Assembly (NCBI GenBank): GCA_949358305.1
Contig: OX442314.1
Span: 11,780,001-11,844,000 of the forward strand
DNA length: 64,000 nt
Origin: Strigamia acuminata
Lineage: Eukaryota
Direction of reading: 5' to 3'
A program made the position numbers and the translations under genes. Below the pieces are notes generated by a model that saw nothing but the letters and a program-made list of their open reading frames with translations, ran no database searches and had not been told where the DNA came from. Positions 13,378 to 28,829 of this stretch are shown here, in pieces. Numbering within the stretch: position 1 is the first letter of the stretch; the number at the start of each line of letters is the position of its first letter.

Positions 13378-16300
13378 TTACTTTTTAAATTTTCTTTTGA
13401 ATGAACCTTTCTTTTTCGGAAATTCTTTTCCGGATTTCTTCGCACTTGGTCGGAATGAACGTTTCTTGTGTTTCCAATCGACACCTCTGACAAATTCGTC
13501 GCGTTTCTTTTCCCACTTGAGTTGCTTAACATCTATTAAATTTGATTTAAAACGTTAAAAATATTTAAAATAAATTTCTCTTTCGATTTAACTTGCCGGC
13601 TTTGTCCCTGTTTGATAACGCATTCGTGGTGATCGTGTCGACTCCATCGCCTGCATTTTCCTCAATGAGTGTTCCAAACTAATGAAAAAATAATTTTAAG
13701 TTAAGATATATATTAAGATATATATATTTTTAGAAAATAGTGTAAAAATTTACCTCTTCAGCTGCAGCAAATACATTGGCCAATTGTGGACTAAAATAAA
13801 TTAAATTAAATTAACACTATAAAAATACTTCTCTTTTTTTAAAAAAATAAAAATTACTTCGAAAACTGGGACGATTTCAACTTTTTCCTGCCGTCAATTT
13901 TCGATGGCAATTTCCGCTTGTTACTCTTGTTATTACCCACAAATGGATCTGAAAAATAAAATTTTTAACGAGTCTTTCATTATTTTACCGAAATTACTCG
14001 ACAATTTACCCGAATCTGACAATTCCTCATCCTCATCATCAAAATTAATCTCCTCATCGCCAAAACTAATCTCGTCATCGTCAAAATTAATTTCTTCACC
14101 ATCAGCGATATCTTCGTCGTAATTTTTAAATGCACCCTGAAATTCTTCATCGTTCTCCAAATCATCCGACAAATCGTCATCATCCGAATCGTCGTCTTCA
14201 GCACCTTCAAAAAAAATTTTAATGTAATTTAAAAAAAAAAAAAATTATAAAAATTAAAAATCGCAAACCTTTCTTCCCCTTTTTGCTCTTATTCTTGTTG
14301 ATTTCCGCAGCGAAATCCAAGTCATCGGTGCGGTCCTTGGGTTCAAATTTAGTCAACATTTCCTCAAATTCCTCGCTTTTAACGCTGTCACCGTCCGACA
14401 TATCATCTTCATCGTCGACTTTCTTCTTCTTCGTCTTCGACACGGGCATATTCAGGAAATATTTATACAAATACATCTCATCAACTGGAATCATTCGTTC
14501 CTTCCTGGAAATGAATTCCTTGCTTTCGACGTGAATTCTCTTTGCTGCGGACGGTTTATACAATTTCCGACGTCCCCAAACCGCGTTCCTGGTTTCCATT
14601 TTCGTTCCTTCGAATTGTTTTTTCGGGTTGCGGTACACAAATCGATCTAAAAATCGAACCAAAGTGAAATCTTGTAACGGATCGCCTTGGTAGCGAACAG
14701 GTTTGCTGTCCAGTAAGTTTTGTGCGAAGAGAGACACCGACGGATGATAATGTCGAGCGAGCAAAACAAGTTCCCAGTCACAAACGTGTTCGGCGCCGCA
14801 GAACGTCGGGTTTCGATGGTGAGGATCGTAAACGGCTTTCTTAGATTTATTGCCCCCGACGTTTTCTTTGTGGTACCACGACGATCCTTTGCTTTTAACC
14901 GTCTCGTTTTCATTTCCCTCGACTTTGTCGGCATCCACAAAATGCTCTTCCTCGTCGTCATCGTTTAATAAGATCACATTCGAAGCGTCTTGCTTTAAAA
15001 CCGGCAAATTCGGCTTTAAGTTGATGATTTCGGACAGCAAATAGAGAATACTGCAAGTCACGTGCGGTGGAAGAGTGAAACAAATCTGAAATTGATTAAA
15101 AATTAATTAATTAATTTAATCAATCGTAAAAAATAAAATTTATACTTGAAGTAATCGCTTGAAAAACGCTTGAAGTCGACTTTTAACTTCGTCTTTTTTC
15201 AACGATTTGAAAATCAGGCTGATAAACATCGCATACCGAGATGAACTTTGTAAATCAGTGCTAAACAATTTACGATACAAAGCCGAATAATATCTGAAAA
15301 TCAAAATATAAATGAATAATAAGTTGAAAAAATATCAATTTATCTTAACAAACCTGTCAGAAACGTTGCTTTGTGCCTCCAATACGTGATGAATAAGCAT
15401 CAGCGCTTGCACGCTGATATTAAAACTGACACTGTGTACAACTTTATACATCGTATCAATGTGTTGCGTCACAGTGTTGTCGTCTTTCTTTGAAAATGGA
15501 TAGGCCCTATTAACTCCGGTTAACAACGCACTCATCATTTTCGTGTCAACTTCGTTCCGTTTCACTTTCGCTTTGAAAAAAGCAAAATATGTGGAAATAA
15601 GCCGCGTCGCTAGATTGTCCTCTTCGTGAGACAGCATTACTTGGTTCATGAAACAAATTGCGTAATATTGCGCACGTTCGCCGACGTTGGATCGAAATAA
15701 TAAACGCTCAACTTCGAGCACGACGGCCGCTTTTCTCTCGCGACGTCGCTCGACCAATTGGATCAGTTTTTCGGTACTTTTGGCTGCGATTTTATGCATC
15801 GGGTCGCCCAATTTGTTGGCTAAATTCGGTAAAAGGACCTGAAAAGCGAATAAAAATGTAAAAATCGAGTCAATTATACAAAATTAATACTTTACTTCTT
15901 CCTTTTCTCTGTTGCTAACTAATAATTCGTACATAGTAGACACTGCTTTTGCTTTTGTCGATTCTACGGTGTCACGAGAAACGGTATTTAAAGCCATGAT
16001 GAATTCCGCGTAGCATTTTTGCAGCATTTCTTCAAATTGCCATAAAATTAGACGCTTTTCTGACGCATCTTTATTTCCACTAGATAATTCATCTATTTTG
16101 TGAAGTGGATGCTGAAACAAATATGAAAAATCGATCAGTTTAATACGTTTTTTGAGTGTTTTATGTATTTACCTCGTTAAATTTTTTTAATTTTCTTTTT
16201 TCCACAAGCAGATCCGATATAAATAAATCTCTGAGCGTATCTACATGTCGAATAATTTAAAATTAAAATGATTTTTTTGATAAAATTACAAATTTTACCG

Positions 16301-16824
16301 ATCGCCATGATGCATTCTCTTTTCGCTTTTACGTTGACCATTGAAATTAGATTGTCGAGATATGATAAATTGTGCACGGATGAATCTTGAATTAGAATTG
16401 TAATTGCAGCCAACCGATCGGCGATTGTGCCGGATTTCAAAACCGTTTGAATCCATTGAAATTGTGAACGGTTTTTCCGATTGCTCTGATCTGTAATTTT
16501 CGTAAGAAAATAAATAAACAAATAAATAAATAAATTTCCAGCGGTTTTTTTTACAAGTTAATTAAATGTTATTTACGTTTATTATATATCTCAATGTCCT
16601 CTTTTAATAACCTGTTAGCTTTATCTTGAAACTGTTTCACTTCTTCAGGTGACAACGTGCTCGATTCGACCGGATCAGAAGAAAACTAAGATAAAAATCA
16701 ACACATTATTTACTAAAATTGTTTCTAATTTACACAATTTTCTAATTACCACTTGGTCGAACCATTTTTCATTCGATTTTATAAGCGCAAATTGTCTAAC
16801 ACGTTTATGCGACCCCGCCGCCAT
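13378..16824 (-). CDS. CEBPZ: CCAAT/enhancer-binding protein zeta / NOC1 (Mak21) 60S biogenesis factor
   Basis: SGTIADRLAA, RAQYYAICFMNQ, KMMSALLTGVNRAYPF, YDPHHRNP, HYHPSVSLFA, DPLQDFTLVRFLDRFVYRNPK, an acidic region, then VKQLKWE. The last intron (13596-13533) is GC-AG. Confidence 0.95.
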
Positions 16825-17218
16825 TTTGTGTCTTTAAAACTAGCCACGTGTTAGTTCATTACGCCACCACATCGTTTTCAACTCAAATTTTGTCCACAAA
16901 AATAAACATTTCACCATAAATAAATATTTAAAAAACGATAGAATGACCCTTTATTCATGTAATTAGTTATATAAAGTAGAAATATTTCTGTACAATCAAT
17001 GAACGAATTAAAAAAAAATACACAAATTCCACTTTATCTGCTACAAGTACATACAGTACAAATCAATTCAAATTGAAGTTCTTCTAATTGCCACCAGAAG
17101 TTTATTTATTTCCTTCTGATGAATCATAACGTGTTCATTGTTGTTTTACGTAAATATAACAAAACAAAAAAAACTTAAAACCAACAAAACAGGATGAATT
17201 CATCAAAAAACACGAATC

Positions 17219-19802
<2,584 letters not shown>

Positions 19803-21365
19803 TTATCTAGATGATATTTTATATAAATTAACTAAAAGTTTTTCAATACAGCTGCGTAAACCATCTGCTAGGGTTTTTCATGGCGACGTGTAACATAGCA
19901 GCGCCAACGTGTGGCGAATTTAGTAAGCTAAAAGTAAATATTGATAAAGCGCTGTAAGCTGAGAAATCGTCAAAATCGACAAAATTGACTTTTGATAATT
20001 AAAAATAAAAACAATCTCCAGTTTTGTCCGATTGCTGCAACAAATTTTTTTTTTGCAATCATTAAAATACAATATTTAAATTTTTCAATTTTAAAATTAT
20101 GAAAATAAAATATGAGCTAAAATTATTTATAATAATAAAAAAAATCAGAATCAGAATAACAATCATAATAGACCTACAGGAAAAGGTCAAATAAATCAAT
20201 AGAAATAGAATTATTTATTCTGTACATTTCCGATAGTTTAAAATACAAAGAAAATAAATGGTGCACTACCTTATTTTTCAATGGACTATTATATTGTTTC
20301 TTTTATTAGTCCTTTTCCTGGTCTAAAAAAAGCATATATATACGCACGTACACAAAAAAATTTGCCTATAAGAAACGTACACGCTTACGTTACGTAATCA
20401 TTTCTTTTCCACCTACGTCTACAGTCTAAAAATAGTTGTAACCATTCAACATAATGGTCCAACAACTGGAATGTAATTACATTAAATCTGTTTTCAAAAC
20501 GAACACATTTGAAAAACAAGGGCAAACGAATCGTTTAATTCAATGATCGCCGTCTTATGACGTGAGAAACTTTGAATCATTATTAATGATTCATTTCTCA
20601 AAACCATAAACCAAAAAAAAAAAAAAAAAAAAGAATAAAAAACACTCATTTTATTACGTACAGTAACTTTATTTCCTTTTCACCACCTGCCTTAAATCGA
20701 TTCACGACTTTAGTTACCATGTACTCGGCGAGTCAAACCCATTAATGCCAAATCGGATTTGAATCCCATGAATAATTTAGCAGCGAGCTAATTAAAATAT
20801 CTTCCATAAAATAAACTCTTGGAAACCCATCAAAAACACACAAAATAACTAACTTCCTTCAAACCAAAACATTTCATAACAAAAACTCGAAAATTCTCTT
20901 CACTGCATAACATGAACTCAATTCCTAATTCACTTCAAGGAAATTCGTGACGTCCAAAATGAAACCCAATATTATATTTAGTAACATTACTAACAACTAA
21001 TGACGAACGGTTATCCATCCTTCAACTTTAACAGATATATGGAGACATTAAATATTGATTTTCCATTGGCCCTGTCCTTGAACCGAATAAAAAAAAGAAA
21101 AGAAAAAAGAAAAGAAAGAAAAAGAAAAAAAAACTCAATCTTCTTTTATTATCTCAACAACAAAAGTGAAACTTGAAAGAGGAAAACATTTTCAAAAACG
21201 AGCCCATCTAACTAAAAATGCACGTGGCGTGACGACTCATCATACTGGGAAGTAATTACGAGTACAATGACTCGAAATACCTCAAGTTTCAAGTAAATTA
21301 ATGAGTAGAAAAGCGAGATCTGGCTCGTCGCCATCCTCACAAATGGATCGACCCAAAACCACACG

Positions 21366-21462
21366 CCAATGTTGCTTATGAGTTTCACCCTACTAGTGCA
21401 GTTTGACGTCACTTGCACGTCAATAGAGGCACGTCATCGTTCGATCCGCTGGTCATATAAAA
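21366..21462 (+). promoter_or_regulatory. CRE-rich TATA promoter
   Basis: CCAAT at 21366, full CRE TGACGTCA at 21404-21411, CRE half-sites CACGTCA at 21416-21422 and 21430-21436, TATAAAA at 21456-21462. Confidence 0.7.
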
Positions 21463-21558
21463 GAGTTTAATATTATTTCGCAGCCAGATGCTCGATGATG
21501 ATCCGTTGAGTGAGTTTGACGGGACGAAGTACGTATAGAGATCGGCCACTAATGTGCA

Positions 21559-21954
21559 ATGCCCTGCGGTGTTCTTCTGACCTCTCAGTCTCACATGATG
21601 ACATTCGCCCAACCGTGGAGCTCTGACAGCAATTCTTCCAGCAGAATCATGGGAGAACGAGCGAAAGTGGAAAGTCGATATCAAACAGCGGACCAAGTCG
21701 TTCTGCAGTGCCGCGCGCAAATGGGGACAAATGCGAAGAACGAAGAGCAGCAAATATCGCAGCAATTTGGTGGAATCTCACTCAATGACATTCTGATGGC
21801 ACCACTCATCACCCTGACAGATGTGGACGGTCCACCGAGACAACTGGCGATGGCGAATGCAAATAACAACGCGAGTGGAAATTCTAACATTAAGGGCTTC
21901 CTTGATGTTCCAAAGACTCGAGTGAATGACGAAGCGAGGAGACCGCCCATGTAG
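21559..21954 (+). CDS. Intronless orphan protein (131 aa) with PxIxIT-like (PLITLT) and LxVP (FLDVP) motifs
   Basis: GC-richer open frame ~100 nt downstream of the TATA box, followed by an AU-rich region with ATTTA pentamers and AATAAA near 22219. No family recognised; the start may be a downstream Met. Confidence 0.6.
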   Translation: MPCGVLLTSQSHMMTFAQPWSSDSNSSSRIMGERAKVESRYQTADQVVLQCRAQMGTNAKNEEQQISQQFGGISLNDILMAPLITLTDVDGPPRQLAMANANNNASGNSNIKGFLDVPKTRVNDEARRPPM

Positions 21955-23029
21955 AGACTATATCGTCGTGTATACATTTAATTATTATATATATCATTTG
22001 GAATTTCATGATTTTTCATTCGATTGAAAAGAAATTCCAAAGTGTAAATGCTCAAATCACTCATCGGTTGAAACTATGTTAATTAAATTAATTAGAATAT
22101 TGGAATATCAAAAAATGTATACTGTACAATTTAGAATTTATTGGGTTGGGTACAATACTGATCTTGTTTGTATATTTTTAGGTATCGATTGTACTGTTAA
22201 ATAATTTCTTGTTTTCGCAATAAATTTTTTTGTGTGTTTTTTTTCTTCGTTTTTTGTTAATTATTTTTATTTTTTGGTTTGTTAAACATGGATGACGTTA
22301 TGAGACACGTAATTACACGTTCGCGCCACTTGAGTCTTGAGTAAATTCAAGGTTACGTCTGGAGAACGGACCAGATTTAATTATTTGGTTTGAAATATTT
22401 GGATTTATATTTGCAGTGGGCAGTTTAATCGAATAAAAATTCTTTTGAATTGTCCTTGATTAATAATTTACGTTGTGCGTTTTATTTATGTGGTTATATA
22501 AAAGTAACATTTTTCATCGATTTCTTGACTGTTACTGCAAAAGTTGTTGTGTCCAAAAACAATTTATTTTTTTATTACACTAAACTGTATATAAAGCAGT
22601 AAACACGTGTCTATACGTAATAAATTACGCCCATCAATTTGCGTCAATGGATATTTTTAGTTTTGAAAACTAAACAAACGACAAAAAAAATTGTTAAAAC
22701 ATTTTTTTTTTTTTTTTTTTATTTTTAATTTTAATTTATTAAAAAGCAACTTTCAAACTAATAACGCCTCGATTTTATCAATAAAATTCACAATACGGTT
22801 TTTTAAAAAACGCGCGTTTTATTATTAGTATTTAGTAAACAAATCACGACACCTTGTGAGTGAAATATGAACTAATTCAATGGCAGAAAACGGAGCATCG
22901 AATAGCAACGTGGTGCAACGAATACCATGTGGACGAAGTGTTGACGTTTTTCACTCCTGATTTTTTTGAATTCCAAAGTTGTTGTCAGTTGTTAACGCAA
23001 TTTTGAACCGCAACTCGAAAACCATAGAA

Positions 23030-24791
23030 ATGAAACTGGATACACCAGAATTCCACTCGATCTTCACTTCGGAAATGAAAGATTTAATTAACATTTTTCA
23101 AAGACACAATTATGAATTACGAATCGCAGGTGGAGCAGTTCGTGATTTGTTGATGCACAAGCAACCGCACGATATTGATTTCGCATCGAATGCTACACCC
23201 GAACAAATGAAAACAATGTTCACCGAGGAAAACATTCGCATGTTTAACACCAAAGGAGAAACGCACGGAACTGTTTCGGTTCGAATTAACGATAAGGAAA
23301 ATTTTGAAGTGCGCGTAACGAGTGTATATTTTGAGAGCATTTAAAATTGGTTTTAAAATTGAATTTAATTGTAGATTACGACTCTACGAATTGATGTGGT
23401 CACTGATGGTCGTCATGCTGAAGTGCAGTTTACTACGGATTGGTATATAGATGCAAATAGGCGAGATTTGACTATAAATTCCATGTTTTTAGGTATTCTG
23501 TGGTTTGTTTTTGATGAATTTTTGGTCAGGTTTTAATTTTTATTTTATTTTTAAAGGTTTTGATGGAACGGTGTATGATTTTTTTAATGGGATTGAAGAT
23601 TTAGAAAGCAAAAGGATTCGATTTGTTGGTAATGCGGTCGCAAGAATCAGGGAAGATTATCTCAGGATTTTGAGATATTTTAGGTAATAAATGAGGAAAA
23701 AAAATTTGGATTGCCCTAAATGTTGGTTTTCGTAAAAATTGAATTTTTTAGTTGATCAAAAATCGAATTTTTCAAGAAAAAATTGATTTTTCTAAAAAAA
23801 AAAAAAACAATAAAATAAAATTTAAATTTATTCAGGTTTTATGGTCGGATTTCTCAGGAACCCAACAAACACGATCCCGAAAATTTAAAAACAATTCGAG
23901 ATAATGTAAACGGATTGACCGGTAAAACAATACATTATTTAAAAAGAAATAAAAATAAAACATTTTAGCTATTACTTAACTAAATTTAACCTTAGGAATT
24001 GCTGGTGAAAGATTATGGACGGAATTAAAGAAAATCTTAACAGGAAATTTCAGATTTGATTTAATGAAAACAATGCTAGAAGTTGGCATTGCACCACACG
24101 TAGGTAAACAAACAAAACGAAATTAAATCCACAATTTATTCTAATTTTCCCAATTTTTCCTAGGTTTACATGGCAATCTAAACACGAACGAATTCGATAT
24201 GCTCTTTGAAAGAGCCGCTGATTTTCCAATGCATCCAATCACAATAATCGCATCGTTACTCGCAAACGAAGCCGAAATGTTGGCGTTTAACGAACGAATT
24301 AAATTATCGCGTTTCGAAAGGGAATTGGGTTATTTCATAATCGCTCATCGAGAGGATAAACCTTGCGAAGACCCTCTGCAGCCATACCAAGCGCTTATGG
24401 TTTCAACGACGGGGAAAGAATCGGACACGAGAGAATGGGTCGAACAACTTTTGAGCTATCGAGGCGATAGTAAACTGTTGACGGAATTTAAGAGTTGGAA
24501 AGTAAAGGATTAAACTTTGAAATGTGTTGTGAAAATGTATTTTAGAGTTTTTGTTTTTAGTTGCCCAAGTTTCCCGTGAATGGACATCAGTTATTAGACC
24601 GAGGGATTGTCGGGGGAACCAGATTCCAGGGGATAATGGCGGCCATGAAGAAACGTTGGCTTAGCAGTTCGTTTACATTAACGGCTGATGATTTGTTAGC
24701 AAATTTTGATGAAATTGTTCAGGATGTTGATGAACAATATCCTTGTTCGAGTAAGGGGAAGAAAAGGAGCAAAAGAGGCTTGAAACAATAA
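23030..24791 (+). CDS. TRNT1: CCA tRNA nucleotidyltransferase, copy 1 (canonical motifs)
   Basis: Exons 23030-23308, 23375-23492, 23557-23683, 23836-23921, 23996-24103, 24164-24501, 24561-24791. MKLDTPEF...GGAVRD...[40 protein letters not shown] short upstream exon (22880-22909) is possible. Confidence 0.95.
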
Positions 24792-25118
24792 AATTTGTAT
24801 TTTTTTTTTAAAATATTAAATCTTGTTTTTTATTTATTTATTCTTTTTCACTTTTTGCACCAAGATTGCGGCATAAAATTGATCGAGCTATCAAAACAAA
24901 AGTTTTAAATTAATGGTTTAATTCTATTTGTATCGTAATATTTATTTTTGCCTATTTTACTCTTTTTGTAAATAGCGCGCTGGACGCCATTTTTGTATTT
25001 TGGAAAACCCGGAATACGGAGAGGAAAGTATCTCAAAAAGCAGGTAATGTTCATTAGCGTCTACTTTTCACATGAATAAAATACTTTCGAACCAGGAAAA
25101 ATCGTGCTTGTATCAAGT

Positions 25119-26928
25119 ATGAACTCTGGAATTTGCGTTTTTCATTCGCGGTATTTTTTTGGACGCATCTATCAAAAATGCAACCAGAAACGAAAGTTGT
25201 CACAACTTACCTTAAAAAGTCGAATAAATGGCTCGCAACAACGGACGAAATTTTCATCTCAAGCTTTAACGACGAAGCAACGATCACCAACAACGATCAA
25301 GTTGAACAGCCCAGAATTCTACGCTGTATTTACACCTGAAATGAAAACTCTAATTAATACTTTCGAAAAACACAACTGCGAATTGCGGGTCGTCGGTGGC
25401 GCAGTTCGCGATTTATTAATGCAAAAACAACCATTGGATTTCGATTTTGCCTCACCCGCTACCCCCGAACAAATGAAAAGAATGTTCCGGGATGAAGAGT
25501 TTAATACGTTCAAAGACACGGGGGAGACTCACGGCACTGTGTCAGTCAGAATCAACGACAAAGTCAATTTTGAGGTGACAGAATTAATTATAATTACAAC
25601 AACGTTTGAATTATATTTTCAAATAGATTTCGACACTGAGAATTTTCGTTGTCGGAAATGGGCGTCGATCAAAATTGGAATTCACCACAGATTGGTGTTT
25701 GGATGCATCCAGAAGAGATTTAACCGTAAACTCCATGTTTTTAGGTTTGTTCACTCGATTTTAAATTAATTTTAAATTAATTATACGAATTTTTTAAAGG
25801 TTTTGATGGGATTGTTTACGATTACTTCGATGGTATTGAGGATTTAGAAAATAAACGCATTCGATTTGTTGGTAGTGCTGTGGACAGAATACGAGAAGAT
25901 TATTTACGGATATTCAGATACTTTAGGTAAGGATTTCTTAATTATATCAAATTTAAATGATTTTCAAAAAATATTTATTTCCAGGTTTTATGGTCAAATC
26001 GCTAAACAGCCAAACGATCACGATCCTGAAGTCCTAAAAACTATTAAAGATAATATAAGTGGACTTTCTGGTGGGGTATTTAGATTTTTCGATAATAATA
26101 AAATAACAAAAATAGTTAAAATACGGTTAATACGATTTAGGAATTTCTGGAGAACGAATGTGGATGGAAATGAAAAAGATTTTGTGTGGAAATTTCAAAT
26201 TTGAATTGATGAAAACAATCTTGGAAGTAGGCGCCGCACCTTACTTAGGTTTGTGTAAGTGAATGGTTTTATGAGATCTTATATTTTTAACACTTGAATT
26301 GTTTCTAGGTTTATCCCACGATGTAAATACCGAAGAGTTGGAAGCACTGCGCGTAAAAGCGGGTTGTTTTTCACTGCATCCCGTCACGATAATGTCATCG
26401 CTGCTTAAAGACGAGGGAGAAATGTTAATATTTAATCAGCAAATGAAGTTATCCAAGTACGAAAAAGAGTTGGGATATTTCCTTATTCGCCATCGAGATG
26501 TTAAACACGAAAATGGGCTAAAACCGTACGAGGAAAGCGTCGTTTTGGGGTTAGAGAATGAAAAACATTTACGAGAACGAATCGAGCAAGTTTTGAGTTA
26601 TCAAGGTGAAGAAACGTTGTTAGCGGAGTTTAAAAATTGGGAGGTACAAGATTATATACTGATAAATTATTTTAAATAATTAAACAAACTGAAATTGTTC
26701 GTTTATTTATCGCAGAAACCAAAGTTTCCCGTGACGGGCCATCACCTTTACAGATTGGGAGTTCCTTATGGGAGAAGAATGAGCTACATTACGATGGCGA
26801 TGAAGAAACGTTGGCTCGAGAGCTCCTACACTTTAACGGAAAATGATTTGTTAGAAAGTTTTGAAGAAATTGTTGGCGAAGTTAACGAACAATATCCTAA
26901 ACATGAAAACAAAAAACAAAAAAGTTAA
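25119..26928 (+). CDS. tRNA nucleotidyltransferase paralog, copy 2 (RID changed to RIF; basic N-terminal extension)
   Basis: Exons 25119-25574, 25627-25744, 25800-25926, 25985-26070, 26141-26248, 26309-26643, 26716-26928, all in frame. GGAVRD, DFD, RRD, EDYLR and SGERMW retained. Confidence 0.92.
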
Positions 26929-27162
26929 TGAATTGTTGATTTGTTTTGATTTAAATTGAAGTTTAATTTTTTTTTCATTAAGCGACTAAAAACATACATA
27001 CATTCGTGTCAAGGAAAAAAAAGTCATTATTTAAAAAAATGAAGTGTCTCGAAAAAAGCAGAAACTTAAAATAATTTACTGTAGGTTGAACATATCGCCA
27101 CTTTTGGTAAAATAAATGTTTATCTCCATCGGATGTTGGCCACCAGGGAAGTGGCGGCAAAT

Positions 27163-28248
27163 TTACATATTCGAACTAAGTGGTTCTCCTGTATGCATTA
27201 CAACATGACGTTTTAAATTTCCACTTTCAATACAGGAATAGGCACATAAATGACACTTGAATGGTTTTTCACCTGTATGAGTTGCAATATGTGTTTTTAA
27301 ACTTCCACTGTCAATGCAGGAATAAGCACAAAGATGGCACTTGAATCGTTTTTCACTTGTTACGAGTTGCAATGTGTTTTTTACATAATACGCGTGATTT
27401 TTGGGCCACGAAAAAGTGAAATTTCGGGACACGAGACGGTTCAAGACCCGAAAAATTAAACATTTCAGGACACGGGACGGTCCGGGACCCGAAAAATTCA
27501 AAATTTTCGGGACACGGGACGGGTCAGGACTGAAAAATTGGTCCTGTTCTCATCCCTAGTACAAAGATGGCACTTGAATGGTTTTTCACCTGTATGAGTA
27601 GCAATATGTCTTCTTAAATTCCCACTTGTAATAATCACATAAATGACACTTGAATGGTTTTTCACCTGTATGAGTTGCAATATGTTGTTTTAAACTCCCA
27701 CTTGTAATACAGAAATAATCACAAAAATGACACTTGAATGTTTTTCTTCCCGAGTGAGTTCGCATATGGATAACTAATATTTGTTTAAGCCTAAAAGAAA
27801 TTGAACACACTTGGCATTTGAAGGGTTTTTCACCAGTATGTTGTTTTAAACTCCCACTTGTAATACAGGAATAATCACAAAAATGACACTTGAATCGTTT
27901 TTCACCTGTATGAGTTGCAATATGTTGTTATAAACTCCCACTTGTAATACAGGAATAATCACAAAAATGACACTTGAATCGTTTTTCACCTGTATGAGTT
28001 GCAATATGTTGTTTTAAACTCCCACTTGTAATACAGAAATAATCACAAAAATGACACTTGAATGTTTTTCTTCCCGGGTGAGTTCGCATATGGATAACTA
28101 ATATTTGTTTAAGCCTAAAAGAAATTGAACACACTTGGCATTTGAAGGGTTTTTCACCAGTATGTATAAGCATGTGATTCAAAAGTGAATAAAATGAGCA
28201 TGAATAATCACACAAATTGCAACTGTAACGCTCTTGTTTCCTCTTCAT
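27163..28248 (-). pseudogene. Tandem C2H2 zinc-finger pseudogene
   Basis: About 10 fingers with HTGEKPFKC linkers. Premature TAA at 27930-27928 (AAA in sister fingers), a 12-nt deletion near 27840, a frameshift near 27630, and an insertion at ~27385-27558. Confidence 0.85.
27385..27558. mobile_element. One end of a non-autonomous DNA transposon (hAT-like terminus) inserted in the zinc-finger array
   Basis: Ends in ttctcatcccta (reverse complement TAGGGATGAGAA, resembling Ac-type hAT TIRs), preceded by three ~42-bp subterminal repeats (cgggacacgggacgg...cccgaaaaatt). The other terminus and a TSD were not found. Confidence 0.6.
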
Positions 28249-28829
28249 TTTGAATATTAACGAGACTCCAAGCTCTGTGTACAAAACATTTGCTTCGTAA
28301 ACTGGCAGATAAGATATCACTCAATCACATCGAAAATAAACAATCTGAAATTAAAAGAATTCAAATATTATTGGTTCATTTTATAAGCAAGTAGGCAAGT
28401 GAAAAAGTGCACTCTTCCCTCATATCCTTAGTTGTTAGCAATACCAAGCAAAAACAAATTCCTTTCTGCATCCAACTCACGTGTCACTTACGTTTTCTAA
28501 ATATTTAGAAAAATAATTTCTTCTTTTTGACGCTCAGGCGGGTAACCCAGAGGCTCCAGCTATTCCCATTTCTCACAAAAACAAATGTTATTATCTCAAG
28601 TTGTTGGATCGGAGCCCTTTCAATATTTTTTGTTTTATCCATGCATGATGTTCAACTTCGATTTCTCAAACACGTATTCCAGGTCCAAATACTTTGGATC
28701 GATTTTATCTGACGCGAAATAACTCGGACGTGACAACAACTGTTGTTTTAGTATTCAAGTAGTCTTGGTTTTGAGGCACATCTTTAATAAGCTGCGCCGT
28801 CATTAGTTGGTTTTAGCGGGAAAAAATGT

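Noticed and set aside
21494..21630. ATGATGA...CTGA pairs resembling box C/D snoRNAs
   Set aside because: No clear terminal stems or recognisable rRNA guide; the second pair is too short and lies within the 131-aa ORF.
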